A DNA stretch of 63,438 nt, filler included, from Octopus bimaculoides (Eukaryota): the NCBI RefSeq assembly GCF_001194135.2. It is 4 parts of 4 records of this genome, joined end to end, with 100 filler letters (N's around TTAATTAATTAA, not from the genome) between each part and the next. Parts side by side here need not be neighbours in the genome. Positions count along the whole stretch, not along the records: positions 26,263 to 48,018 come from NC_069000.1; 3 more parts are not named here. One strand, given 5' to 3'. The notes beneath the pieces are model-generated. The model was not told the DNA's origin and made no database searches. It was given only the letters and a program-made list of their open reading frames with translations. The position numbers and the translations under genes were made by a program. Shown one piece after another: positions 26,797 to 39,820 of this stretch. The number at the start of each line of letters is the position of its first letter. Position 1 is the stretch's first letter.

Positions 26797-27104
26797 TGTG
26801 GTGGTTGTCTACTCCTTAAACAGAGTTTGACCACCTCCTGCACCTACACCTTAGCCCTTTCATGGCGTCTGATGTGGCTTTTTAAACCAGACAGTGTTTT
26901 GAAAAAACACCCACACAGATTGCACCTCTGATTTGCACTACCAATACCTGCAAGTAAGTTCTGCTCATTGTGGATCCTAACATGTCTTTTAAGACCCCCA
27001 TTGGATTTGCAAACCCTCTGGCACACATCACATTCAAACGTGTGCACAGACATATAATCAGAATAGCTGGGTGAGGTTTGTTTTCCATGGGTTCGCAGGT
27101 GAGA
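26797..27104 (-). mobile_element. LINE (RTE-like) 3' end encoding tandem C2H2 zinc fingers
   Basis: ..SHLRTH, CDVCQRVCKSNGGLKRHVRIH, CNLCGCFFKTLSGLKSHIRRH, stop at 26844-26846, short 3' UTR then (AT)n; no TGEKP linkers. Confidence 0.55.
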
Positions 27105-27583
27105 NNNNNNNNNNNNNNNNNNNNNNNNNNNNNNNNNNNNNNNNNNNNNNNNNNNNNNNNNNNNNNNNNNNNNNNNNNNNNNNNNNNNNNNNNNNNNNNN
27201 NNNNNNNNNNNNNNNNNNNNNNNNNNNNNNNNNNNNNNNNNNNNNNNNNNNNNNNNNNNNNNNNNNNNNNNNNNNNNNNNNNNNNNNNNNNNNNNNNNNN
27301 NNNNNNNNNNNNNNNNNNNNNNNNNNNNNNNNNNNNNNNNNNNNNNNNNNNNNNNNNNNNNNNNNNNNNNNNNNNNNNNNNNNNNNNNNNNNNNNNNNNN
27401 NNNNNNNNNNNNNNNNNNNNNNNNNNNNNNNNNNNNNNNNNNNNNNNNNNNNNNNNNNNNNNNNNNNNNNNNNNNNNNNNNNNNNNNNNNNNNNNNNNNN
27501 NNNNNNNNNNNNNNNNNNNNNNNNNNNNNNNNNNNNNNNNNNNNNNNNNNNNNNNNNNNNNNNNNNNNNNNNNNNNNNNNNNN

Positions 27584-27752
27584 AGAGACAGCTGATGAAG
27601 GGATATTCCAAGTGGCTTTCCGTTTTCCTATGTGTTCGTTCCGTTGTCTGTAGTTTATTGTTCTAACGTCCTGTACCCTGATATGCATGTATATACACAT
27701 GTAGATGTAAGTATGTACATATATGTGTGTATACATGTATATATATTCTTTG

Positions 27753-27790
<38 letters not shown>
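27584..27790 (+). mobile_element. PLE-like terminal repeat, inverted copy of 22148-22322
   Basis: gagacagCTGATGAagggatattccaag..cctgtaccctgatatgcatg.. then (TA)n. Confidence 0.65.
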
Positions 27791-27794
<4 letters not shown>

Positions 27795-27797
<3 letters not shown>

Positions 27798-28760
27798 GTG
27801 TATCCACCAAAATTATACACCGTTTAACAGCTGATAATTCACTCAATTCTTTTCATATTCGACCTATTAGAATTAATGTAGGGAACCAGGCTAAGCTTTG
27901 AACGAAATAATTTCATTCTGAAGTGCTACTGGAAATTAGAAAAGGCAATTTATGCAATTCAAAAAGCAGATCCACCAACGCGATTTAGCATCACTCGAAT
28001 TAGAAATGAGTTCCAAGCAGATGGGATTGTTCAGAATGTTGGAATGAAACGTTCTGGAAAACGGGCGATGTCGACGAGTCCCACGAAGCAGGAAAGTGTA
28101 TTAGAATTGTATTGCAATGTTTCAAGAAAATCAGTGCAGCAGGAGAGTCATGAGATGGAGATTTCAAAATCAAGCATCCATCGCATTATGAAGCGGTGTC
28201 ATTGGAAAAGTTACATCCTAAGAATAGTCCATGCGTTCATTAAAGAGTGGAGTCTTGTGAGCGGTACTTTGCAAGATATATACTTGATGCAAAATTTTCA
28301 ACAATGATTATTTATAGTGATGATGCTATATCTAAATTAAATGGGCCTCAATTGCGCCTATTGGAGACCTGAGGATCTGTATATTACAGGGGAACATTAT
28401 GTTAATTTACCAGGAGTTACAGTATGGTTCAGTTTACCATCAAGATTGAACCATTCTTTCTTGACGGGACCATAACCGGTCCTTTTCATTTGAACCAGCT
28501 GTGACAATCTGTCATGCCAAACATTCAAGAAGAACTTGAGGAAGTGGAATTTATTTCCAGCAAGATGGGGCACTCCAACACTAGCATAGTAATATAAAGG
28601 TCTACTTAGATGAGCTTTTGTCAAACAGGTGAATTAGACGAAGTGGTTCAGGAGAAGACTCTCCGCATTCATCGCACCTCACACCATTAGACATTTTTTT
28701 ATGGGGATACTTAGCAGATAAATTTTACGGTACAAAACCGAGTCGCCGACAAATTCACAA
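27795..28760 (+). mobile_element. Degraded Tc1/mariner transposase fossil
   Basis: Frameshifted motifs [45 protein letters not shown](L)WGYL match a DDE Tc1-type transposase; TIR-like CAGTGTATCC at 27796. Confidence 0.8.
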
Positions 28761-28884
28761 GTCTTTAAAAAAATTTTCTCTGCTTCTTTCCTCATGTTCC
28801 TTTCTGTTGAAGAGAGTAGACTCTCTCTATATATACATATATATATATATATATANNNNNNNNNNNNNNNNNNNNNNNNNNNNG

Positions 28885-28917
<33 letters not shown>

Positions 28918-29028
28918 TACAATTAAAAGGGTAAAGGTTTATCAATTTATTAATTTATTAATAAATTAACAATTAATAATTTTTTCCATTGTTCTTTCTT
29001 CTTGTTTTGCCTTTGTGAGTTACAAGTA

Positions 29029-29077
29029 ATGCTATCTGTTGGAGTCTCAGCATTTTGGCTGTTATTTCTGAACTTCG
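29029..29077 (+). CDS. Candidate first coding exon, signal-peptide-like (MLSVGVSAFWLLFLNF + phase-1 G)
   Basis: ATG at 29029, hydrophobic 16-mer, donor TTCG|gtatgt; unverified. Confidence 0.2.
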
Positions 29078-29289
29078 GTATGTGGTGAAGCAACTGTTTT
29101 GCTGGTCCCTTAATTATGTTTATATATATATATATATATATATAGATAGATAGATGGAGGAGTTATCATGACCACGAAACTTTAAGTAACATGAAGATCT
29201 AAGTGAATGTGATACCCAATGAATACAAATCCAGCAATATATGCGGAGTATGGTGCTACGTCCATTAGTTTGTTCACTCACTCAATATA

Positions 29290-29446
29290 CAGGGTTGGCC
29301 AAAAGTCACCTGACAGTAAATCAAAACCATTTAATTACAAGATTTATTTGTTTAACAACTGAATTTTTTTATTCGAGTCAATACAGAATTACAGATACTA
29401 TTTATGGAATTTTGATTTACTGTCGGGTGACTTTTGGCCAACCCTG
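29290..29446. mobile_element. Tc1/mariner MITE (157 bp)
   Basis: 37-bp TIRs CAGGGTTGGCCAAAAGTCACCYGACAGTAAATCAAAA (1 mismatch) with TA TSD on both sides. Confidence 0.92.
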
Positions 29447-30098
29447 TATATTAGCTGAGTAGCATTCGGCACATATTGCTGTACTCTTTTGGAAGCCATG
29501 ATAAAACTGAAAAATCAAATGTTTCTTCGTTATCTGTGCTGAAACTAGGATTTTCCCGGTCTGTTCGGAGGCGTGAGAGCAGCTTTAACAATATAACTCC
29601 AATTTTAGTTATACTGCACATCACTCTAACTTGGCCTGTAAAACTAGTCAGCAAACTGTTTTCGATCCACGTTTTTAATTAAACCAATTTAATTCACTTG
29701 TGCTATTGCTATGTATAAGGAAATGCTAAATGACACACAATCTCATTAGCCTTTATTCTGGAGCCAGTCGGAGTAAATGAAAGGTAAAAAAAAAAGAAAA
29801 AAAGATACTCATCGGTTTCGTATCATAGAAAATATATAGATGTTATTGTATTGTCTTTATGTTATTGTTGTTGTTGGTATTGTTGTGTAGACCCATTTGC
29901 CTGGATTAATTAGACTCATACCACCACATAGATTGCGGGTCAAATAATTTCGTGTGATTCTAGTGCTTCAGACACATCAAGGATATCATCTCCCTGGTTG
30001 ACGACCGCACTAAACATTTTAACATTAAATGATTTATGAAATGGTGTGGAGTGTGGAAGTTTGAGTACGTTACGTTTATTCCACTGTCTTTCTGTTAC

Positions 30099-30130
<32 letters not shown>

Positions 30131-30294
30131 GATGTTCTTGTTTAGCCCCAGGTCTTCCTTCATCGAGCAGATGTATGCTACGTTGGTTGCCTGTGGTCGC
30201 AGCGGACCTGTCAAAATGACTGTTGTTATTTCTCAGCATTTATCATTTGCGGTGAATATACAAATGCAGTATTTTTGCAACCTAGGTTAATAAT

Positions 30295-30492
30295 GGTTTC
30301 AAATTTTGGCTCAAGGCCAACAAGCTCTGGGAGGGAATAAGTCGATCAGATCGACCTCAGTGCTCTACTGGTACTTATTTTATCGATCCCTGAAAGGATG
30401 AAAGGCAAAGTAGACCTCGGTAGAATTTGAACTCAGAACATATGCCGTTAAGCATTTTTCCCGGTGTGCTAACGATTCTGCGAGCTCTCTAC
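30295..30492 (-). mobile_element. SINE family B, near full length
   Basis: Reverse complement of the 24168 copy. Confidence 0.85.
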
Positions 30493-30759
30493 CTTAATCT
30501 AGGTTAATAATACTGTTGTGTGTATGTTTAACTGGTCTTACTTCCTTCATAGGTATTAGTGTTTAGATTAGAGAGAATCAAGATATAATATAAAATTCGC
30601 TGGAATATAAGCAAAAACGAAAGAAATGATGACTTTTCTTGAACAGATACAAAATTCTATTTTAAAAGGAAGGAAGTGAGATCGCACGATGTTAACAGCT
30701 TTCTTAAAATAGCGTCTTTAGTCATGAAATGCAAGCTCGGCGCTCGATACTAAGGAAAA

Positions 30760-31143
30760 GTGGCTGTGTAGTAAGTAGCTTGCTTACCAACCACATGGTT
30801 CCGGGTTCAGTCCCACTGCGTGGCACCTTGGGCAAGTGTCTTCTACTATAGCCTCGGGCCGACCAAAGCCTTATGAGTGGATTTGGTAGGCGGAAACTGA
30901 AAGAAGCCCGTCGTATATATGTATATGTATATATATATGTGTGTTTGCCCCCCCCCTCATCGCTTGACAACCGATGCTGGTGTGTTTACGTCCCCGTAAC
31001 TTAGCGGTTCGGAAAAAGAGACCGATAGAATAAGTACTAGGCTTACAAAGAATAAGTCCTGGGGTCGATTTGCTCGACTAAAGGCGGTGCTCCAGCATGG
31101 CCGCAGTCAAATGACTGAAACAAGTAAAAAAAGTAAAAGAGTA
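30760..31143 (+). mobile_element. SINE family A, intact young copy
   Basis: tRNA-like head gtggctgtgtagtaagtagcttgcttaccaaccacatggttccgggttcagtccc, central (TA/TG)n, tail ending (agtaaaa)n. Confidence 0.92.
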
Positions 31144-31229
31144 ATTGCGTCTGGCGTTAAATTCTGGGGTCGCCACATGACTTCTGAACTATTTAGACAG
31201 AATTTCTCAATCTAGCTAAAAACACGAAA

Positions 31230-31701
31230 ACTGACAACAAATTTTGAAATACTTCGGAGGACCGTCACCGAACAATTGACAAACTTGTTGATATATAATT
31301 GGTGTGTCCTGGAACTCCTGCCAACGAATTTTGAGCGAGAAATTGCGAATGAAAAGAGTTGCAGCAAAATTTTTGTCTCACTTGCTCACGGAAGATCAAA
31401 AACAGTCACGACTGAATGCGTGTTGTGAACTGAAAGAACAGTTGGAAGCTGATGCGGACCTGTTTTCGAATGTTATCAGTGGTGATCAAAGATGTGGAAA
31501 AGATAAAGAAAAAAACGACGGAAGCTTTAAAAGGCATCCCTCCACAAGAGTTCCAGCACTGCTTCGAACAGTGGAAAACGGGTCTGGACTGACGCATTGC
31601 TTCAAATGGAGAATACTTTGAAAGCGATAAAAGTGTAAACGTGTAAAATCAAGTGAATAAAATAACATTGCAAAATTCCGGTTTCATTTGGGTACCCCTC
31701 G
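31230..31701 (+). mobile_element. Internally deleted mariner element
   Basis: SWNSCQRILSEKLRMKRVAAKFLSHLLTEDQK..VISGD joined to C-terminal KKTTEALKG..FEQWK..ASNGEYFESD; right TIR ..GGGTACCCCTCG followed by TA. Confidence 0.85.
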
Positions 31702-32518
31702 TATACCATCGAAACCGGGTAACCGGCTCTATGTGTCAATATAACCCGAGAAGGAACTTTATCTTCCTGTTTTTTTCTTTTTCTTTCTCTTCTTTCTTTT
31801 TTGCCTTCACAACGAATGTACTTAGAGCCTTTACCTAAAGTCTAGAATGTGACATTTGTCTACTTCGATAAAAAAAGACATAATGTTATCTATTTCTTTG
31901 ACGTCATAATACTTTCAATAATAGAATTATATCACCTAGATATTTTCGTTGATAATTCCGAAGGTCTTTCGTATATTGAAATATTAATAGTATTTACTGA
32001 CATGAACCTTTGTCACTTGCCGACTCATACCTGCTTGCTTAAACTATATAACTTGAATGGATTTTGCAAATAATTTGATTAATTAAACGTTCTAATTATC
32101 CTTGATTTCTGACGTCAATGCAACGTCAATTGTAAAATCAAACTTTCAGCAAAAGTCTTCCCAGTCTGATTTATTCATAAAGCATCACAAAACAATTTCT
32201 TTGTAGTTTAAGACACGTCACTAAAATCCAGGGCTACCAAACTGGGGTACAATTATCTGATTACACAACACATTCCGGGTGGCAAGCTTCTGTTTCCGTC
32301 TTTTTTTTTTCATTCATTTAGTCTACTTGATTTTTAAGAATCCAGCTGAATAAATTATGAAGTTAGCAAATTAGTTAGAACAGACCAACGAACAATCCAT
32401 GTATATACATATATATATGTATGTATGCATGTTTAAATACAAACACACATATACACACTCATGTGTGTATGTGTGTATATATATATGTATATATGTGTGT
32501 GTGTATTATATATATTTA

Positions 32519-32549
<31 letters not shown>

Positions 32550-32553
32550 ATAT

Positions 32554-32587
<34 letters not shown>

Positions 32588-33464
32588 ACACCCGTTGTTA
32601 ATGTCCTTTTATTTGTATTTGTGTACCATTTCTCCATTTTTTCCCGCCCTTGTTTTCGTATACATTCGCTGCTTTCTTCCAAGGAATCTAGAGCTCTTAG
32701 CTTAGTTTTTCCTCTGGTCTGGCCAGATTGTAGCAATCTCAAGTATAACCAGCCGAAATTGCAAAGATAACCTGGAACTCGACTGAGGAAAGAAAACTCC
32801 GAATGACCCGTCCTTGTTTTCTTTGTATCGTCTGTCTGGATGTNNNNNNNNNNNNNNNNNNNNNNNNNNNNNNNNNNNNNNNNNNNNNNNNNNNNNNNNN
32901 NNNNNNNNNNNNNNNNNNNNNNNNNNNNNNNNNNNNNNNNNNNNNNNNNNNNNNNNNNNNNNNNNNNNNNNNNNNNNNNNNNNNNNNNNNNNNNNNNNNN
33001 NNNNNNNNNNNNNNNNNNNNNNNNNNNNNNNNNNNNNNNNNNNNNNNNNNNNNNNNNNNNNNNNNNNNNNNNNNNNNNNNNNNNNNNNNNNNNNNNNNNN
33101 NNNNNNNNNNNNNNNNNNNNNNNNNNNNNNNNNNNNNNNNNNNNNNNNNNNNNNNNNNNNNNNNNNNNNNNNNNNNNNNNNNNNNNNNNNNNNNNNNNNN
33201 NNNNNNNNNNNNNNNNNNNNNNNNNNNNNNNNNNNNNNNNNNNNNNNNNTAACATGTCGGTCAAAATGGTCAGCAGCATTTCTTCTGGCTTAAAGACGTC
33301 AAGCTGGCAGAACAGGAATAGTTGGTACGCCGGAAAAAATGTTTGGCGGCCTTTATTCCGGCTTTACGTTCTATAAAAAAATATATAAAGAACCCTCAAA
33401 ATCAACACCTCAAAACCTAATAAAATATTCAAGATATGTTTCCACTGAAACAACAAAACATATA

Positions 33465-33740
33465 ACCCTTCCCAACCACATGGTTCCAGGTTCAATCCCA
33501 CTGCGTGGCAACTTGCGCAAGTGTCTTCTACTGTAGTCACGGGCCGACCAAAACCTTGTGAGTGGATTTGGTAGATGGAAACTGAAAGAAGCCCCTGTAT
33601 GTATGTATGTATGTATGTATGTATCTATGTATGTACGTATGTATTTGTGTGTCTGAGTTTGTCCCTCATCATCGCTTGACAATCGATGTTGGTGTGTTTA
33701 TGTCCCCGTATAGCGGTTACAAAGCGACCTTCCTAACCAC
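33465..33740 (+). mobile_element. SINE family A copy
   Basis: cttcccaaccacatggttccaggttcaatcccactgcgtggc..ggaaactgaaagaagccc..cgcttgacaatcgatg. Confidence 0.85.
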
Positions 33741-34409
33741 ACAGCCACGAGTGTTTCGTCAATGCTGTAGCTTAGCTTCAGTTTCTTAGGGGGGGGGGGC
33801 AACCGAAAATACCATGACCATCAGCATTGTAGTAGTGGTAAAACGAACGCCATTTGTGCTTTAACTTCAAGAGCTGGAGAAAGGGAGATTCACAGTTATT
33901 TTAACAAAGCAAGCCAGAGAAAAACCAAACTAATCTCAGCACTTAACAAAATGAGATTTGCTAAATAAAGGGGGAAATAAAAAAGAAAATTTGGAGCAGG
34001 TATGTGAATTTCAAAAGTAGATTTTTGCACAATGTTTATTTAGTGATAAGAACAACGCACACGTATGCATACATGCATCATGCACACATGTATGTGCATA
34101 CCATTATGTGTATACAGAAATTGAAAGAGTTAGGTCTCTCTCTTACTCACACACTCTCTCTATCTCTGTGTGTGTGTGCATGTACACAAGCATACATATA
34201 TAATGCAAATATACTTCACAGATGAAGTGCATATGTTCTCTATATAGACGACACTTTGTGGTGCTCAAAAGATTCAATCTTAGACTCCAATGTCTTTACA
34301 AGGGATCATGCCCCAAGGTAAAGAATGGCTATAACAGGAATCAAGTTGAACGGATATAGAAGCAATTATTGAGATAAACTAATTAGACATATCCATATAT
34401 ATTCTTTTC

Positions 34410-34620
34410 TATTCTAGGCACAAAGCCCGAAATTTTTGCGGGGCGGTGGGGGGCCAGTCGATTAGATCAACCCAGTAGGCAGCTGGTACTTAATTTATCG
34501 ATCCCAAAAGGATGAAAGGAAAAGTCGACCTCAGCGGAATTTGAACTCAGAACGTAGCGGCAGACGAAATACCGCTAAGCATTTCGCCCGGCGTGCTAAT
34601 AAATCCGCTAGCTCGCCGCC
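34410..34620 (-). mobile_element. SINE family B, near full length
   Basis: gtcgattagatcaacccag..ctggtacttaatttatcga..gtcgacctcagcggaatttgaactcagaacg..ccgctagctcgcc. Confidence 0.85.
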
Positions 34621-35463
34621 TTACACATCAAATACATTAAATATATTAAATGTGTGCACAGTATTAAAACATACATGTTCACATGCACAATATACATTAT
34701 CGCTTATCTTTTACTTGCTTCAGCTATTTGATTGCGGCCATGCTTAAGCATAGNNNNNNNNNNNNNNNNNNNNNNNNNNNNNNNNNNNNNNNNNNNNNNN
34801 NNNNNNNNNNNNNNNNNNNNNNNNNNNNNNNNNNNNNNNNNNNNNNNNNNNNNNNNNNNNNNNNNNNNNNNNNNNNNNNNNNNNNNNNNNNNNNNNNNNN
34901 NNNNNNNNNNNNNNNNNNNNNNNNNNNNNNNNNNNNNNNNNNNNNNNNNNNNNNNNNNNNNNNNNNNNNNNNNNNNNNNNNNNNNNNNNNNNNNNNNNNN
35001 NNNNNNNNNNNNNNNNNNNNNNNNNNNNNNNNNNNNNNNNNNNNNNNNNNNNNNNNNNNNNNNNNNNNNNNNNNNNNNNNNNNNNNNNNNNNNNNNNNNN
35101 NNNNNNNNNNNNNNNNNNNNNNNNNNNATATACATGTAAATTATATGTATGTTTATATGCATACATACATACATACATACATACATCGCACGCGGCTTTA
35201 TTGTTAGAGTTTCGTTCGTTTTGACAACCCTGACAGTTTCTCCGCAAACATTTTACATTGAAGCGAATCGTTACGATAGTGAAACTAAAAAAAATCAATA
35301 AACAAAGCAACAAATAAATAAATAAATAAACAAACAAAGAAACAAAGAAATAAAGAAAAGGAAAAAAGAATTTTTAAAATGCCACGCATCCATGGAACGC
35401 GTAAAATGATGGATCGTCCTCTCATATGAAGTCCGATTGATAAACATACATTATTTTAGGTCA

Positions 35464-35520
<57 letters not shown>

Positions 35521-37574
35521 GTTGCTGCCACCACCACCACTGAATGAGGGCTAAAGTTCTGTTGGTTGGTTCCTAGCACATTGGTAAAAAGACTGCAAGG
35601 GGAAAAAACCACTACCACCACCACTACTATTACTACTACTAGTACTGGAGCTCATGCTGCTGCTGCTACTACCATCACCATCATCACTACCACCGCCACC
35701 ACTACCATCGCCACCACCACCACCAAAGGGAAGTTTTTTGATCATGAGGTTTGTCTGCTTCTTCATGGCTGACCGAAGGCTAAACAACGAGAGTAACAAA
35801 AACAACAGCCACAGCAATGACCAACGGTCGTATTACTCGAAGTGTCCTTTTCTGAAATGGTCGAGCGTATAATTAACGTGAGATTTGACTGCTCTTTCTA
35901 ACAAGTCGGGTGGTTATAGAACTGCTCTTCCGTTGGCTCCATTGTATTGGTGATAGCATTACGGGGTTGAATACTCTTTACCATCGAGCGGCCAAACCCC
36001 AGCCGATCAACTAATTTCTTTTAATAAATGAATAAATAATGCACTTGCACTCTCGTTGAGTCTCCTAACGAAAGAGAGAGGGTGGACGAAGATAGATATA
36101 CGAGGAAAGAGAGGTTACCGACTAAAGAAATAGGAAGGAGGGAGTAATAAGTATGTGTGTGAGAGAGAGAGAGAGAGTAAAGGGTGTAGTGTGAGAGTGA
36201 GTTGGAGTGCGTGTGAGAGAAAGAGTCGGGAGTTGTGAGCGAGACAAAAATATGCCTGAGAAAGTAAGACAGAGCGAGAGAGTGGGAGAGAGAGAGAGGG
36301 AGGAGAAAAATATTTGCGCGCGAGTTTGTATGTGTTTTTTTTTTTTTTTCACAGATAATTTGCTCATTTCTGATTACTCTAATCAGAAAGTAAACACTCA
36401 TTTACTATCTATTTAAACACACACACATATACACACATACACGCACGCATACGCGCACGCACACGCACACACACACATACACACACACACACACACATGC
36501 ACAATCATGCACACACATTTTCTTGGAATTCATATAGATTTCTCAGTTTATCTGGTCATTAAGTACCTATCTGTCTGCCAGCCTATGAGTCTGCCTGTCT
36601 CTGTCTGTCTGTCTCTGTCTGTCTGTCTCTCTGTCTCTCTCTCTCTGTGTCTGTCTTTCTCTCTCTCTGTCTGTCTTTCTCTCTCTCTGTCTCTCTCTCA
36701 CTCTCTTTCTCTGTATATCTGTCTTTCTATCTGTCTGTTTATGTATGTACATGTGCGTATGCACGTTTGTCTCTGAATTCTTCCTGTCATGTTACAAATG
36801 CTGCCGAGTGCTGTTGTGCCCTTGAAAGAAATATCAGATTGAGTAAAAAGTAATCAACATTTTGAACCACGAAGAATTTGTAGCGGATTTTTGCAGAGTT
36901 TTGAATTCTTTTAAACATTCCATTCACAGCCGCCAGGAGAAAACTTAAAGCCGAACCTCACTATTAGATTGGCACTCTATTTTATAAAATCTGGATAGGA
37001 CAAAGTCACCTAATTATATTGACCAACCAGTACTTTACTGGTACTTCATTTTATCCTTCCTAGACAGTTGAAAGGTAAAGTTCATGGCTGTGAAATTTGA
37101 ACTAAAAGGCTCACAACTAAATTCGGAAAGGCAACTTATCCGTCTATCTAATGATTCTGTAAAGCAAAATCAATACCCAGAAACAAAATCGATTCCCAGA
37201 ACGTAAAAAGGGCGGACCCTAAATAGCGCGAGCATTTGTAACGGCGCGCTAACGATTCTTCTAATTCACCACCTAATTGTGATTGCAAAGGTAATTGGCT
37301 GTCATTTCTAGCAGATCATACGGGGGTCGTAGCGGCTCCCACTCTCAGCATGGACATGCAATTTTAGATACTTGTTGAATCACCGAACGAACTCGAAACT
37401 TTGATCTGGACTCAGATAAGAAAAATGTGTAAAATTACGACTCCTCAGTTCTGGGAAAAATTATATATCTCTTAAAATATAATAATTAGTCATACTATTA
37501 TATATTATCAACATTCCTTAACGCTAACGTGTTCTATATGCATATACACGCACACATATATACACATACACACA

Positions 37575-37622
<48 letters not shown>

Positions 37623-38904
37623 AGCACACACACACACATATATATATATACATATATATATATATGCATGCATCTATGTATGCATGCATATACATACATA
37701 CATTCATTCATACGTACATACATATATGCACATTCCTACATATATACATACACACACATTTACACAGACACACACGTGTATATGTATATATATGTACACC
37801 CGCGCGCGGTATTTTTCTAAATGCACACCCATGTTTATATCGTGAAGAAAGGCTGAAAAGAATAATAGAGGGCAGTAGCTATTTCTCACACTGAAAACAA
37901 TTTTCACTTTTAAACAAATGTAAAGGTTGGATCACATGATCATAAAATTTAGTCTTAACCACGACACAATGAAGAGAAAAGAAAGAATTTCAATATGTGA
38001 TATTTGAGTTCAAGGTGGCGAGCTGTCAGGATCGTTGCTACACCCGCGTAAAATGCTTCGCGGCATTTCTTCCGTCATTCGTTCTGAGTTCAAATTCCGC
38101 TGAGGTTGACATTGCCTTTCATACTTTTGGGGTCGATAAAATAAGTGCCAGTTGATCACTGGGGAGGGAGATCAATGTAATCGACTTAACCCCTCCATCG
38201 AAATTGCTTGCCTTGAGCCAAAGTTTCGGGACAATATTTAATTATCCAAATGATATCGGTATTATGTTTACGATTCACCAAAAACCTAGGCCCCCGTGCA
38301 ATGCGTCCCCTACAAAGGTCGGGATCACATCACATAAGATAAGATAAGATGAAAGGCAAAGCCGACCTCGACGGAATTTGAACTCGGAACGTTAAAGGCA
38401 GACGAAATACCGTTAAGCATTTCGCCCGACGTGCTAATGATTCTGCAAGCTCGCCGACTCAGCTAAGCGCTCATAATGACGGCTTTAGATGTTTAATTAT
38501 AACTATGCGTCTCAGTAATGTGCACGAGTGTTCGTTCAGTTTGAATGTTGACGTGTACACATTTTGTTTCCACATTGTTTTCACTACTATTTCCTCTTAA
38601 AACTTTTCAATCAATCCATTGTGTGAGCTATTTTTAAAGATAATGAAATAAGCTGCAGCCATACGGCAGAACTAATTGAATAGATATACATTTCAAAGGC
38701 TTGCTAGACATGTCCATCCGGGATTTTCCCAAGACAGTCCTGTCTGTTACATCACTTTACTGAGTATTATGAAACTATCCTGGTATGTTGCTACGGGCGT
38801 TTGAATTTTAGTTTCTCATTTTGGAAATCTTGCTTATTTTTAAAATGTGAGCTCGAATATGTTCTATTTAATGGCCAGTTATTCGATATTTAACGTATAT
38901 CTTT

Positions 38905-39351
38905 CGTCTTTTACTTGCTTCAGTCTTTAGACTGGGGCCATGCTGGGGCACCGCCTTGAAGAATTTTAGCCGAACGAACTGACATTAATACTTTATTCTA
39001 AAGCCTGTTACTTATTATATCGTTCTCTTTTGCCGAACTGGGACGTAAACACACCAACAACTGGTTGTCAAGCGATAGTGGGAGACACACACACACACAC
39101 ACACATGCATGCACGCACGCACACACACACACACACACACACACGTGTGTGTGTGTTTCTTGCCCCACCATCGCTTGACAACCGATGCTGGTGTGTTTAC
39201 GTCCCCGTAACGTAGCGGTTCGGCAAAAGAGACCGATAAAATAAGTATTAGGTTTACAAAGAACAAGTCCTGGGGTCGATTTGTTCGACTAAAGGCGGTG
39301 CTCCAGCATGGCCGCAGACAAATGACTGAAACAAATAAAAGAGTAAAAGAG
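38905..39351. mobile_element. Two SINE family A 3' halves in inverted (fold-back) arrangement
   Basis: Minus-strand half 38905-39090 and plus-strand half 39160-39351 meet at (CA)n-CG-(TG)n centred at 39144/39145. Confidence 0.85.
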
Positions 39352-39609
39352 ACTTGTTTTCCGTTTTTATTCTGCCAGGATCAATAAAATAAAGAAAGAC
39401 CCCTTACGAACGACCATGGGATTGCACCGAGAATGTTCCCCTCCGAGGCACAAGTTCTGTAAGATTACTTGTGGAGTCGCCCATGCACACTAGTCTACTT
39501 TCTCCACGCCACCGTTGTTGTTCAAGGGAAAGGCAGATACAGCTTGGCACCAATGATGTCGCAACTCATTTCTACAGCTTAGTGAATTGGAGCAACATGA
39601 TGCAAAGTA

Positions 39610-39820
39610 TTGGGTTGTCCAGAAAGTTCGTATCGATTTTTAAAGGAAAGAAAAAGGTCAATAAATACTTGCCATTACATTTTTAATCAACCAAATACGA
39701 ACCATTTTGTTGCACAATGCGTCTCCATCTTTCCTTTAACTTGAAAGTACCCTCTTCCCAGAAGTGAGGTGGTTTCATGGCAAATACGTCGAATCGGCAC
39801 ACACTTTTCGGACAACCCAA
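39610..39820 (-). mobile_element. Non-autonomous mariner derivative nested in a SINE
   Basis: TIRs TTGGGTTGTCCAGAAAGT / ACTTTTCGGACAACCCAA, TA TSDs, minus-strand mariner C-terminus KPPHFWEEGTFKLKERWRRIVQQNGSYLVD. Confidence 0.88.

Noticed and set aside
32783-32812. CTGAGGA..GAAT..GTC hammerhead-like string
   Set aside because: No convincing stem I or stem II, and A15.1 is replaced by U
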